IMG/VR virus record: IMGVR_UViG_3300035681_000001 | Location: 32,001-96,000 of that record | Source: a virus | Direction: 5' to 3' (one strand) | Length of the DNA stretch: 64,000 bases | Shown here: one piece after another, positions 9,071 through 18,818 of the stretch | Layout of the letters: each line of letters opens with the position of its first letter | How positions within the stretch are numbered: the first letter of the stretch is position 1 | Translations under genes and position numbers: made by a program | Notes under the pieces: model-generated | Seen by the model: only the letters and a program-made list of their open reading frames with translations | Databases searched by the model: none | What the model was told of the DNA's origin: nothing

Positions 9071-9352
9071 ATGTTTAACGTTAGTCCTGAAATTGCCAAG
9101 TTTATTAAGGAACGTCGTCCTTACGGTTCGTTATACAACGACGTAGGTCTCAAACTGGAGACCATAACCACCTACCAAAAAAACGCACTTAGTCTGCTGT
9201 GTTCAGCAGAAGACTGTTCTGACCTTAGGGGTGTAGTGGAACAACTCCAAAGAGCTCGTGACAAGTCCACCGTAATGATTCAAGCCATCTTAGAAAAAAT
9301 CAATCAAGAAGAGAACAAAGAAAACCACGAGGACGAGCTGCACCAATTTTAG
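9071..9352 (+). CDS. hypothetical protein
   Basis: 93-aa ORF. Confidence 0.7.
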   Translation: MFNVSPEIAKFIKERRPYGSLYNDVGLKLETITTYQKNALSLLCSAEDCSDLRGVVEQLQRARDKSTVMIQAILEKINQEENKENHEDELHQF

Positions 9353-10450
9353 ATGCATAATTTTGCATACGCTTCAGCTCCTAAAGTGTGGGGTGACTAC
9401 TTTGGGCATGTAGAAGCTACTGCCCTTTGTAAAAAATACGTGTTGAACGGGGCTAGGTCACTACCCCGTTCTCTTTTTGTTTCTGGGCCATCAGGAGTCG
9501 GCAAGACAGCTTTAATTAGGCTGCTAATTCGTTCTTTTAGGTGTCAAGGTCGATTACCTACCGACCCAGATCCTTGCGGGCAATGTCCAGCTTGTTTAGA
9601 TCAAGATGAACGTCTAGGAGACAAAACCTTCACGGACGTATATTGGAACCAACCTGGTGGCGGCGAAGACGAAACGTTGTACGCCCAAGTAAAAGCTTCT
9701 TTGCAGTCAGCAGCTCGGGGTCAACTACGTACTAACCGTCCGGAACTAGACGTAAAGTGGGTAGTATTTGATGAATGGCAAGCTTTTCCTAGTAACATTC
9801 AATCCGAAGTGCTACTACGCACAGAACTTGAAGTACCAGGAAACAACGTTTGCTATGTCTTTTTGACTATGCAGGAAGACCGTTTATCAGAGCAAAACAA
9901 AATTGCTCTGATGCGCCGGGGTTCTTTTTTCAGGCTACTGCCTTTTAGTAACGTAGAAATCCAAAGGTTTATAGCTGAACGGTGGCCTGAAGTCTCACCT
10001 GAAGTAGGAGCCATGATAGCCAATAAGTCCCGTGGTTCAACCGGACTAGCTGTGGCTTACTACGATAACATTCGTCAACTAGACCTTAATCTAGGTCTGG
10101 AAGTAGCTGCTTACACTCTAGGTCAAGCTCGCAACGACCATCGGTGGGCATTGTGGCAAATCTTGGCTAATCGAGAGCGAATCACCAAACTACAAGAAGG
10201 TCTGGAGTTCTTGCAAAAAAGGGTAGAGCCTTTAGAGCTCTCTAGGCAACTACATCAAGACCTACTAAGAGCTATGGTCGTACCTACTGAACAGCAACTG
10301 TACGCTTCCAGTATGCTGCTGCAGTACCAAGCTCACTACCACAACACTTCGTTGTTAACCTATTTGGTAGCTTTGATGGGTATGGAACTAGTAAACGAAG
10401 CTGCGGTCTTTGCTACCTCAGGGGGTTCACTTGGATATACCTCTATCTAA
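9353..10450 (+). CDS. clamp loader AAA+ ATPase, DnaX (gamma/tau)-like
   Basis: WGDYFGH; FVSGPSGVGKT; C...PCGQCPAC zinc motif; VFDE; SRGSTG. Follows the DnaX N-terminal layout. Confidence 0.85.
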   Translation: MHNFAYASAPKVWGDYFGHVEATALCKKYVLNGARSLPRSLFVSGPSGVGKTALIRLLIRSFRCQGRLPTDPDPCGQCPACLDQDERLGDKTFTDVYWNQPGGGEDETLYAQVKASLQSAARGQLRTNRPELDVKWVVFDEWQAFPSNIQSEVLLRTELEVPGNNVCYVFLTMQEDRLSEQNKIALMRRGSFFRLLPFSNVEIQRFIAERWPEVSPEVGAMIANKSRGSTGLAVAYYDNIRQLDLNLGLEVAAYTLGQARNDHRWALWQILANRERITKLQEGLEFLQKRVEPLELSRQLHQDLLRAMVVPTEQQLYASSMLLQYQAHYHNTSLLTYLVALMGMELVNEAAVFATSGGSLGYTSI

Positions 10451-11393
10451 AGTTTACCTAACTCTAGGAAACGTTGAGCAGCTCTACTACACACTACAAA
10501 AACCCATCCGGTGTAAATACCACCCTACAACCTTAGAACTAGCTAAAGAAATAGAAACCCCAGTGTTGTTTGAAGACCCAGATGTTTTAATCTGGCCTTT
10601 GAGCCAAACTGGTAGCGGTCTGATAAAAACTAAAGCTAGTAGCACACCTAAAGGTGCTATTCCTAGCGACCAATTTGTAAAAGTAGCTAAAGGTAAAAGG
10701 GTCTTTATTATGTTCTGTGGGGTAGACGGTATAGTCAGCAAAAGTGACGTTACAGCAGCCAAAAAACTAGCTGGCGGTTGTTTTGAAATACTAGACCTGC
10801 GAGGGCAGTCTTTTAAGACTCACCAACCAGAACTAGATTCCGTACTAAGTAACTACCCCCTAACAGCTAAACACGCTGCCGCACAATTAACTAAACTGCA
10901 GGCACCACTGCAGTACCTAGTAGGTGAACTCTACCCTAAAGTAGAACACTCACTAATACAAGACCTAGCAACTCCTGAGGGGTTAGTTAGATGGGGTTCT
11001 TTTAACAGCACTGAGATCTATAAGTACTTTTTGCTACCTAACTACAAGCTGCCTCCTATTTTAGCTACAGCTAGGGCATGGGGGTTAGAACCTTACCTGA
11101 CACCTTTTGTAACACTAGTAAAACAGGACTTAACCGTAGCCTCACCAGGAGCACATTTAGCCAACTTTGCAGCTTGGGTTTACTACGCTACAAATTATTG
11201 GGCCACCGCTAACGCCACTGGTTTAAGCTACTACGAACCACCTAAAGGCTTAGGGTATTTTAGGTTCACGCCTTCATTGACAGCTAAGCGGTATTGGCAC
11301 GCTATAATAAAAGGGGATCTTACCTGCCCCAAACAAAGTACAACGTCAGGTAATACAGTAAACACTTCACTATTACCACTCAAAAATGTCTGA
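10410..11393 (+). CDS. hypothetical protein, possibly clamp-loader delta (HolA)-like
   Basis: ~327 aa directly after the DnaX-like gene; VYLTLG and ETPVLFED resemble HolA N-terminal motifs. Confidence 0.35.
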   Translation: MLPQGVHLDIPLSKVYLTLGNVEQLYYTLQKPIRCKYHPTTLELAKEIETPVLFEDPDVLIWPLSQTGSGLIKTKASSTPKGAIPSDQFVKVAKGKRVFIMFCGVDGIVSKSDVTAAKKLAGGCFEILDLRGQSFKTHQPELDSVLSNYPLTAKHAAAQLTKLQAPLQYLVGELYPKVEHSLIQDLATPEGLVRWGSFNSTEIYKYFLLPNYKLPPILATARAWGLEPYLTPFVTLVKQDLTVASPGAHLANFAAWVYYATNYWATANATGLSYYEPPKGLGYFRFTPSLTAKRYWHAIIKGDLTCPKQSTTSGNTVNTSLLPLKNV

Positions 11394-12768
11394 CTTGACC
11401 GTAACTACCGAACCACAATTCCAAGGTCTGTACGACCTCAACTTACAAAATACAGAAGACCTATTCGTAGACAACACACCTGGATATATCCCACTTGCAC
11501 AGCAAGCAGTACCTAAGGCTTACGATCAAACTTGGAAAGCTCACCGTATCGTAAAATTCAACTCCGAAAAACTTGAATGGCGTCTGCCCGTTAGTGCAGC
11601 AGAACGAGCTGAAGGAAAAAAAGCACCTCAAGAAATTCTCCCTACTCCTGATCACCAATTTGTAGCAGTGCGTGGTATCCCGTTGGGGTTCCATTATGGA
11701 TTTAGTCTGACTGAAGGTAGCGGCACTGACTTTAAAGTACATTGCACTACTACACGAGTTGATGAACTCTTGGGACAAAATTCTCGTACCATTGAAGATC
11801 GCCACCCTCTGGAATTCCCTTTGGGTCGAGTAAACCAAAAAAGAACAGAGCCGCACACACCTAATAGGTGGTTTGCTAATAACCCTCACGTAAAACTTTA
11901 CGGTTCTAGGGGACCGGTAGGTCAACCTGCAGATGCACCTTTTGCGCTGCCTAGGTTGTGTGAAGATTGCGTAAAAGCTGGAGAGCACTACATTGGTAGT
12001 GAAGAAGCGTTCAAAGATCCTAAACAACAAATCCCCAGCTGCCGCATGTCTGGGTACTTGTTGTTTGCCGTATTCGAACTGGGTATCCAAGATCCTACAG
12101 ATCTTATGGAAGATCCAATCAACGGAACGGTCAAGGTCAAGTGGCGTAGTGTGGCCGAAGCTAAACTTCATACTGAAGTCAACGGTCAACGTGTACCTCT
12201 AGATCGACCGTTCATCTTGAAAATTGAAGGTCTAGGTAGCTCCCAGCAGTCTTCTATTGGTAAGGGGGAGTACGACTGGAAGGTCGAAACCCAAGCTGAT
12301 AGCAATACTTCTATCCTGCCTGCAGGTAAAAAACTGCTGTCAGCTGGAGATTTCTTTAACTACATCAATGACCGCAACTTTACTGGAATTCGTAACCGAA
12401 AACTAAAAGGCGGGAATATCGCCTATCCAGTAGTAACTGAGGTCTACACTGGTAAGCTGGCTGTAGCTAAAATGAACTCCACTTACATTCCGGTGTTCCT
12501 CCCAGTAACTGATCCAGAAGTAATTGCAGCTAACGAAGACTGGAAGCCACAAGATTGGCTGCTGGCTGCTCTAGCAGCTTTGCAATACGAGCGTTCGCTG
12601 GTATCTCCTAATGGAGCTGTGGCCGCACCTGCTCTCCCAACACCAGTCGCAACAGCAGCTTTGCCTGCTAAAACCACTCCAGCCAAAGCAACCAAAGCCA
12701 AAACCCCTGAAAGCTATCTAGCAGAACAAGGTTTTGAAGTATTTGGTATACCAACCACCGCAAACTAA
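11386..12768 (+). CDS. hypothetical protein with Ala/Pro/Lys-rich C-terminal tail (possible ssDNA-binding/recombination protein)
   Basis: 460-aa ORF in the replication cluster, followed by a terminator. Function is only a guess. Confidence 0.75.
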   Translation: MSDLTVTTEPQFQGLYDLNLQNTEDLFVDNTPGYIPLAQQAVPKAYDQTWKAHRIVKFNSEKLEWRLPVSAAERAEGKKAPQEILPTPDHQFVAVRGIPLGFHYGFSLTEGSGTDFKVHCTTTRVDELLGQNSRTIEDRHPLEFPLGRVNQKRTEPHTPNRWFANNPHVKLYGSRGPVGQPADAPFALPRLCEDCVKAGEHYIGSEEAFKDPKQQIPSCRMSGYLLFAVFELGIQDPTDLMEDPINGTVKVKWRSVAEAKLHTEVNGQRVPLDRPFILKIEGLGSSQQSSIGKGEYDWKVETQADSNTSILPAGKKLLSAGDFFNYINDRNFTGIRNRKLKGGNIAYPVVTEVYTGKLAVAKMNSTYIPVFLPVTDPEVIAANEDWKPQDWLLAALAALQYERSLVSPNGAVAAPALPTPVATAALPAKTTPAKATKAKTPESYLAEQGFEVFGIPTTAN

Positions 12769-12773
12769 TCTCT

Positions 12774-12796
12774 AGGGGGCTTCGGCCCCCTTTTTT
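12774..12796 (+). terminator. intrinsic terminator
   Basis: AGGGGGC-TTCG-GCCCCCT followed by a T run. Confidence 0.85.
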
Positions 12797-12797
12797 A

Positions 12798-14270
12798 ATG
12801 AAACCCACCGTTACTTTTGATGGAGCCACAGCTACACTAACTGACGTGCCCACGTGGGTACACCAAAACCTCTATGAATTACTGTCTTGGCAAGACAGTA
12901 GTATAAGTCACCAAAACTACAGAAATAGAAACTCCAGGTGGTTTGAACCTCAAGACGCTACGCGCAGTGTCTATGACCTGAGGACTTACCGATTTCCTAC
13001 TGGACTAGTCCCTAGGGTTGTTGCTCGTTTACGAACACTTAAAATAGAACCTGAACAAATAAGGGACTACAAACCCACTACGGTAACCGAACCTGAAATC
13101 CCAGATTGGGCTTTTGATCACCAACGTGAAGCTGTAGCCACCGCACTAACTACTAAAAGGTGCTTAATACAAGCACCAGCAGGTTCTGGTAAAACTTACA
13201 CTTTAGCTTTTCTAGCTTCAGCTTTTCCTCAGGCACAAATCTTAGTAACGATTCACTCTTCTAGTATCTTCAAAGGGCTCTATCAAACTTTTAGTGAATA
13301 CTTTCAAGAGCCCATAGGTCGAATAGGCGGGAGTAAAAAAGAGTGGCAGCGCATCACTATAGGAATGCAAAAGTCACTGGCGTTGTATGCACACACTGAC
13401 TTTAAGGAAAGGCTGCAAAACATAAACGTACTGCTTACTGACGAGTGTCATCATTTCGGTTGTAGTGAGGGGTTGAAGATCTCACTAGCCTGCCCTAAAA
13501 CTTCTTATCGAGTGGGAGTAAGTGCTACTGTCAAGAGAACTGACGGGGCTGATTTTTTAGTAGAAGGAGCTTTTGGTCCTTTAGCGTTAGTAATACCAGA
13601 AAGCAAGATGGTGGCTTTAGGGGTCATACACGCACCTAAAGCATGTTTTGTACACGTAGCTGCTTTAGACCTAAAAACAACAGCTGATATAGAAAAAGTC
13701 TGGGGTTCTAATCCTAGGGAAGGATTCTACCAAGAAGGTATCGTACGTAACCTGCAGCGCAACCAACTAGTAATCGAGTTGTTGTTAGCTTTTTTAAGCT
13801 CCCCTACACGAGGTGGAAACGCTTTAGTACTAGTAGAAAGGATAGAACACGGCCAAGAACTTCAAAGGTTATTAGCTGCACGTGGGAAAAAAGTGGAGTT
13901 TATTGAAGGCACTAACACTAAGGACGCCGTACGCGATAAGTGGTTGGAAGCGCTTAAACGCCAAGAAATAGATGCTTTGATCTCCAGTGCTATCTTAGAT
14001 GAAGGAGTTGACATCCCTGGCTTAGAGATAATATTTAACGCTGCAGGTGGTAGCTGCGAGCGGGCTGTAGTACAACGAGCAGGTAGACCTGGAAGAATAG
14101 ATCGAGTAGGTAGTAAAACGCGGTGTTTGTATGTAGACTTTGATGACCAAGAACCTGCCTTCCTGAACAAAAACTCTAGGTTTAGGCAACTGCATATCAA
14201 TGCCCGTTTTCCAGATTGTGTACAAAAAGTTAGTGCGACTACCCTAAAGAAAATATTCAATGAACCCTGA
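12798..14270 (+). CDS. superfamily II (UvsW/ResIII-like) helicase
   Basis: APAGSGKT, DECHH, SAT, LDEGVDIP, QRAGRPGR. Confidence 0.9.
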   Translation: MKPTVTFDGATATLTDVPTWVHQNLYELLSWQDSSISHQNYRNRNSRWFEPQDATRSVYDLRTYRFPTGLVPRVVARLRTLKIEPEQIRDYKPTTVTEPEIPDWAFDHQREAVATALTTKRCLIQAPAGSGKTYTLAFLASAFPQAQILVTIHSSSIFKGLYQTFSEYFQEPIGRIGGSKKEWQRITIGMQKSLALYAHTDFKERLQNINVLLTDECHHFGCSEGLKISLACPKTSYRVGVSATVKRTDGADFLVEGAFGPLALVIPESKMVALGVIHAPKACFVHVAALDLKTTADIEKVWGSNPREGFYQEGIVRNLQRNQLVIELLLAFLSSPTRGGNALVLVERIEHGQELQRLLAARGKKVEFIEGTNTKDAVRDKWLEALKRQEIDALISSAILDEGVDIPGLEIIFNAAGGSCERAVVQRAGRPGRIDRVGSKTRCLYVDFDDQEPAFLNKNSRFRQLHINARFPDCVQKVSATTLKKIFNEP

Positions 14271-14415
14271 TAAATTCCCAGGAGCTCTAGACACTCAAGC
14301 TGAAGTCCTAGCACTAGTAGGTAAACACGCTGTATCAGTAGGGTTACTAGATAACCCTACTGACTTAGAAACAGTACCTGCACCAGACTTAGTCTTACCT
14401 AAAGACATTCGGTAA
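14260..14415 (+). CDS. small hypothetical protein (51 aa, not in the ORF track)
   Basis: MNPDKFPGALD...KDIR*, overlapping the helicase stop. Confidence 0.45.
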   Translation: MNPDKFPGALDTQAEVLALVGKHAVSVGLLDNPTDLETVPAPDLVLPKDIR

Positions 14416-14480
14416 CTAGGTCCCTAACTAACAACAACCTAAAAACAGTTAGTATTAGGTAGTATTTCTCCGTTAGTACT

Positions 14481-14735
14481 ATGTGGTTACCTAAGAAGCC
14501 TTATAACGGCAAAGACCCACAACAAGTAGCAGCTACTGCAGCTTCTGTTTGTGCCGGTCAAGTGCTACTAGCTTCATTGGTGCCACCCTTTCCACTACTA
14601 GTAATACCTACTAGTTTGTTGTTGGTTTTATGGTTAACTTATATGCCAGCTAAGAAAAAGAGTTTATCTACCACTTTAGTGGAACCTACGCCAACTATAA
14701 GATACGTTAATTCCTCCAGTAAGTTTCTTTTTTGA
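14481..14735 (+). CDS. small membrane protein
   Basis: Two hydrophobic stretches. Confidence 0.6.
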   Translation: MWLPKKPYNGKDPQQVAATAASVCAGQVLLASLVPPFPLLVIPTSLLLVLWLTYMPAKKKSLSTTLVEPTPTIRYVNSSSKFLF

Positions 14736-14789
14736 TTTAACTACTGTAGTACCACACCCACCAGTTAATTTTCAATTCCTTACGATCCA

Positions 14790-15410
14790 ATGCTTACTTA
14801 TTCAGGTTTAATTGACAAAGCTACTTTTGTAGCAGGAATGGAAGCTCACCGAGCAGCTAATCGTTTAGTTCAAGGGCAATATTGGGGGCCCGATCAACGA
14901 GGGTGTGCGGTTGGTTGTGGTCTACAAACTATCAATGAGAAGCTAGGTCGTAACGAATGGCGCGGTAACGAAAGAGTTTTAAGTACATACTTAGGGTGGC
15001 CAGTATGGTCCGTATACCTACAAGAAGAAATCTTTGAAACACTACCTAAAAGTGCTGCACTCGATTGGCCAGTTAAGTTAGCTGCAGCCATACCTACCGG
15101 AGTAGAGCTACAACCTGCAGCACGTAGAATTACATTGCGTGTGCTAGTAGAAATCTTAAAGACTAAAAACTGCCAAACAGGTTGGAGTTATGTAAAGTCT
15201 GCCCACGACGTTATTCACTGTTTTATTGACGCAATGATCGACCGGCACTTCTGGCGATCTAGTGATTATGCGTGGTATCCATTGATACACAACATGGTAG
15301 AAGTATTACACAAACCAAAACTAAAAGAAGAAGATTGGAATAAACTAAAACAAGAAGTTTGGGCTAAAATTGCCGAGATCACCCTTCAAGAAGTTTCCAA
15401 ATGTCGCTGA
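14790..15410 (+). CDS. hypothetical phage protein
   Basis: QG.YW...GCAVGC and IFETLP...WP motifs; 206 aa. Confidence 0.75.
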   Translation: MLTYSGLIDKATFVAGMEAHRAANRLVQGQYWGPDQRGCAVGCGLQTINEKLGRNEWRGNERVLSTYLGWPVWSVYLQEEIFETLPKSAALDWPVKLAAAIPTGVELQPAARRITLRVLVEILKTKNCQTGWSYVKSAHDVIHCFIDAMIDRHFWRSSDYAWYPLIHNMVEVLHKPKLKEEDWNKLKQEVWAKIAEITLQEVSKCR

Positions 15411-16141
15411 CCACAGACCCCTTGTTTAGAGTTGAGCTGCTTACGTGTACGCCCAACCCACAAACTGCCTTCTACCAAGCACTGCATCAAGATTACAGTT
15501 CCAGTTTTGTTGCGGATGCAACCCCACCTTCAGAGTCTGAAGCGGGGGAAATTTGTGTAAAAAGGTTACTAAATGGTAAGCGTAATCATTGGGGGCCTCT
15601 AGAACATGCTATGATTACACTTAATGCAGGCTGGTTCCCGCATAGCGTAATGGTTCAAGCCCGTACTCATCGCATCGGGACCTCTATGGATTGTCAGTCG
15701 ATGAGATATACATCTGGTTCCATTATTAAGGCAGCAAATGCAGAATCACCCTACTTAGAAGTAGAACAAGCCTTTTACTTAAGGCAACCTGGAGATTATA
15801 CAGATCGTCAAGGAGCTAGGTATACTTATACTGCAGAACAACGAGCTGAAGACCTGCAGTATTGTTGGTTAGCAGCAAAACGTTATGCTTCTAAGATCAA
15901 CCAAGGTTGGGCAGAAGAACACGCTCGTGGGCTGTTACCTTCAGACTACCGTCAGCACTTTGTATTCAGTTTTAGCTTGCGAGCCATATTACACTTCTTT
16001 GATATGCGCTCAAAACTAGATGCACAATCAGAGATTAGGCAGCTGTGTGATTTAATGTGGCCTCACGTTGAATTATGGGTACCAGAGATTGCAGCTTTCT
16101 ACAGAAAAAACAATTGGGGCAAAGCCTTGTTGTCTCCTTAA
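15401..16141 (+). CDS. thyX: flavin-dependent thymidylate synthase
   Basis: HWGPLEH, QARTHR..S...QSMRY, EHARGLLP, FFDMRSK.DAQ.EIR. Confidence 0.95.
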   Translation: MSLTTDPLFRVELLTCTPNPQTAFYQALHQDYSSSFVADATPPSESEAGEICVKRLLNGKRNHWGPLEHAMITLNAGWFPHSVMVQARTHRIGTSMDCQSMRYTSGSIIKAANAESPYLEVEQAFYLRQPGDYTDRQGARYTYTAEQRAEDLQYCWLAAKRYASKINQGWAEEHARGLLPSDYRQHFVFSFSLRAILHFFDMRSKLDAQSEIRQLCDLMWPHVELWVPEIAAFYRKNNWGKALLSP

Positions 16142-16282
16142 GCCACAAATCCTACGCACTTGCATGTTAGGTTTAAACATTGCGCTTACTAGCCAAGTTT
16201 ACGACCTTGCGATACAAGAGGACAGGGCGTAAATTACTTAAAGCCTGACCAATCCAACCCCTGTTCTTTTCCGCTCATTCAA

Positions 16283-16591
16283 ATGGAGTCTGACGACTTC
16301 CTCAAGCAGTACCAGCAGGAATGCCGGCCAACCGAGCAGGAGTTCAAAGCCGTTGAACTGGCCGAACGCTACGACCGCAAAACAGAAGCCTATGACCGCA
16401 CGATATGCACGGGCCCGATTCGTTACGGCTCGGTGATGCCGAGTTGCCTACACGAAATGGCGATGTCGAACCGCAACGCCATCGAGGTGCGCAGGTAGAT
16501 CATGAGAAAGGCGGCGCAGCACGGCATTAGCCAGCAGGACATGACGCACGCCATCAAACGCCAGGATTTAGCTAATGGCGCAGCAAGTTAA
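16283..16591 (+). pseudogene. hypothetical gene interrupted by an in-frame TAG (16496-16498)
   Basis: The frame continues past TAG with the same GC-rich codon style (IMRKAAQHGISQQDMTHAIKR) to TAA 16591. Confidence 0.45.
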
Positions 16592-17054
16592 AACGCCACC
16601 AATTGCCGCCTGTGCAAGGTGTGGTGCAAAAGCAATGTGTATTGACTGGGATTTTGACGGTAAGCATCGAGTTTGGTGTGACAATAATCATGTATCAACC
16701 AAGGAATGCGGTTCACGGCATCGCGCAATATGTCTCTGGAATAACGCTCAGATAAAGCTTCAACCCTCCACTTCTGCTCACTCAAAAATGACCGACCCCA
16801 CCCCCAACGACCTCCCAGTGTCTACGCCGCTATCACCCGATGCTCAGTTCGTGCTAGATGCCGTCTTTGACCAATGGCCAGGTGGGCACAACCACCCCGG
16901 AAAGCCGCGATGCGTTGCCGCCGCCCTTCGTGCTGCCTCTGCTCGAATGATGCGCTTAGGTTACGACAGTGTTAATTCAAAGTACCTAGAAGGTATTGAA
17001 GCATCTTCAGATTTACTAGATCAAATCGCCACCGAACTGGAGAACCAACCATGA
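16575..17054 (+). CDS. hypothetical protein, N-terminal CxxC zinc-ribbon (Lar-like)
   Basis: CARCGAKA...VWC; GC-rich block. Confidence 0.6.
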   Translation: MAQQVKTPPIAACARCGAKAMCIDWDFDGKHRVWCDNNHVSTKECGSRHRAICLWNNAQIKLQPSTSAHSKMTDPTPNDLPVSTPLSPDAQFVLDAVFDQWPGGHNHPGKPRCVAAALRAASARMMRLGYDSVNSKYLEGIEASSDLLDQIATELENQP

Positions 17055-17278
17055 CCCCCACCTTCCGCGAATTGTGCGCTGTTGTGGGCTGCACCGAAGA
17101 GCTTCGCGCCGCCCTGGCTCAGCCCGAGCCGGTGGCACCTACGGATCAGGAGATCATTGCCTTTTGGTCTGAGCACTGTGCAGGCGATGGAGACGCAGGC
17201 ATCCTGCGCCTTGCCCGTAGGGCACACCCGCCAACAATACTACAGGAACACACTAATGACCAAACAAGACATCATTGA
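17051..17278 (+). CDS. hypothetical protein
   Basis: ATGA coupling; FRELCA...RAALAQPEP..PTDQE pattern typical of small cyanophage ORFs. Confidence 0.55.
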   Translation: MTPTFRELCAVVGCTEELRAALAQPEPVAPTDQEIIAFWSEHCAGDGDAGILRLARRAHPPTILQEHTNDQTRHH

Positions 17279-17483
17279 AAAGCTGCAGAACGGTTGGGAC
17301 TTGGCTAATCGTGGCCGTGGCTGGTGGATCAGCGCTCCTCATATTGCTTACAAACACACAGAAACCTACGAGATCGAAGAGTCCATAGTGAAAGCCATGA
17401 AAAATGAAGGGATCATTGAGCTTGAATTGCCCTACACAACTTTGTGGGCACGACTTGTAAACCCCACTAGAGAGGAGAGCTAA
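17256..17483 (+). CDS. hypothetical protein
   Basis: Likely start MTKQDII at 17256 within track ORF 17082..17483. Confidence 0.6.
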   Translation: MTKQDIIEKLQNGWDLANRGRGWWISAPHIAYKHTETYEIEESIVKAMKNEGIIELELPYTTLWARLVNPTREES

Positions 17484-17486
17484 TTA

Positions 17487-17852
17487 ATGGCTGATTTATC
17501 TTTCGCCGCTCAGAAAGAGCGGCGAGCAGCTAATGACCTAAAAATGACTAAATCAACAACAGATAACCTACTTGGATCAGACGGCCCTTATGAAGAAGGA
17601 AGTATGTTTTTTGCATACCATCATTACGCAAGTCAAAAAACTAAAATGACCACAGATGCCCTAGGTAACACTCTAAGTGTTGGAGATACTGTAGTTCTGG
17701 TAGAACCCAAAGTCTACGGTAAGTACCACGGCCTCACTACAGGAATAATCAAAAAGATTACCAGCTGCTATTTTTTCGTAGAAATCACAGCCGATCACCC
17801 TCATAAAGGTCGCGTAGTACCTAAAAAGGGTGATCAGCTTGCTACATACTGA
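17487..17852 (+). CDS. hypothetical protein (C-terminal SH3/KOW-like)
   Basis: DALGNTLSVGDTVV motif. Confidence 0.65.
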   Translation: MADLSFAAQKERRAANDLKMTKSTTDNLLGSDGPYEEGSMFFAYHHYASQKTKMTTDALGNTLSVGDTVVLVEPKVYGKYHGLTTGIIKKITSCYFFVEITADHPHKGRVVPKKGDQLATY

Positions 17853-18318
17853 AAGCTTTAGCACACTCAAATCAGACAAAATTACTTCCAACAGTACTAT
17901 GACATCCGACAGATACAACTCAATAACTCGTGCATCACAAGCAACTTATAAAACTCAACTAACAAAAGTCAAGATCAAAGCTGGACCTGATCCAGTTTAC
18001 CTAGTAGCCATAGTGGTAAACGACAATGACTACTACTTTACTTTCTATAACCTACTAGAAACTGTTGTTCGAGTTCTTAAGTGGAGACCTAAGGCCTCAA
18101 AGGAACACATAGAATACCTAATAAAACAAGGTATCAAATATCACTACCTAGCTTTTCAAGCTACTGAAGAATCCAATCTTGAAGCGCAGGAGAGTTACTT
18201 ACTGAAAAAAGTTCAAATACTTTTTAATGAAGAAGCTCAAAAAGATATTGAAACAAAAGATCATGACCACGGGGCATGGTACTTAGTGACACATTCAAGT
18301 CTAATCAACAGCTATTAA
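17830..18318 (+). CDS. hypothetical protein (start uncertain)
   Basis: 162-aa ORF. Confidence 0.6.
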   Translation: MISLLHTESFSTLKSDKITSNSTMTSDRYNSITRASQATYKTQLTKVKIKAGPDPVYLVAIVVNDNDYYFTFYNLLETVVRVLKWRPKASKEHIEYLIKQGIKYHYLAFQATEESNLEAQESYLLKKVQILFNEEAQKDIETKDHDHGAWYLVTHSSLINSY

Positions 18319-18347
18319 CTCACACTTTTAGCTCCTTACAACCATAA

Positions 18348-18818
18348 ATGACAAACCCTCACACAACTCAACCTAAATCCTCACTAAAAAATACCAGAGG
18401 TTACGCAGCTGTAGGACTGTATAAACCTAAGACTCCTGAAAATGTAGGAGCTGCTATACGTGCAGCTTATTGTTATGGAGCTGTATTTGTAGCTCAAAGT
18501 GGTGTCCGTTATGAAGGTAGTGCTCTAGATACTGCCAAAGGTCACAGACACCTACCCCTACTTACAGTAGACAGTCTAATTAACACCATACCTCATGATT
18601 GTGTGGGGGTGGCCGTAGACCTACTGCCTAACGCTCGGAGCCTAGTAGACTACACACACCCAGAACGAGCTCTTTACGTGTTCGGTCCTGAAGACGGAAC
18701 GCTACCTGCAGAGCTCGTAGAACACTGCAAAGACGTAGTATACGTACCTACTAGGTACTGTATGAACCTGGCAGCTACGGTAAATGTTGTTTTGTACGAT
18801 CGTTTAGCCAAAACATGA
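18348..18818 (+). CDS. SPOUT (SpoU/TrmH-family) RNA methyltransferase
   Basis: PKTPENVGAAIRAA, YVFGPEDG, VYVP...CMNLAATVNVVLYDR. Confidence 0.9.
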   Translation: MTNPHTTQPKSSLKNTRGYAAVGLYKPKTPENVGAAIRAAYCYGAVFVAQSGVRYEGSALDTAKGHRHLPLLTVDSLINTIPHDCVGVAVDLLPNARSLVDYTHPERALYVFGPEDGTLPAELVEHCKDVVYVPTRYCMNLAATVNVVLYDRLAKT

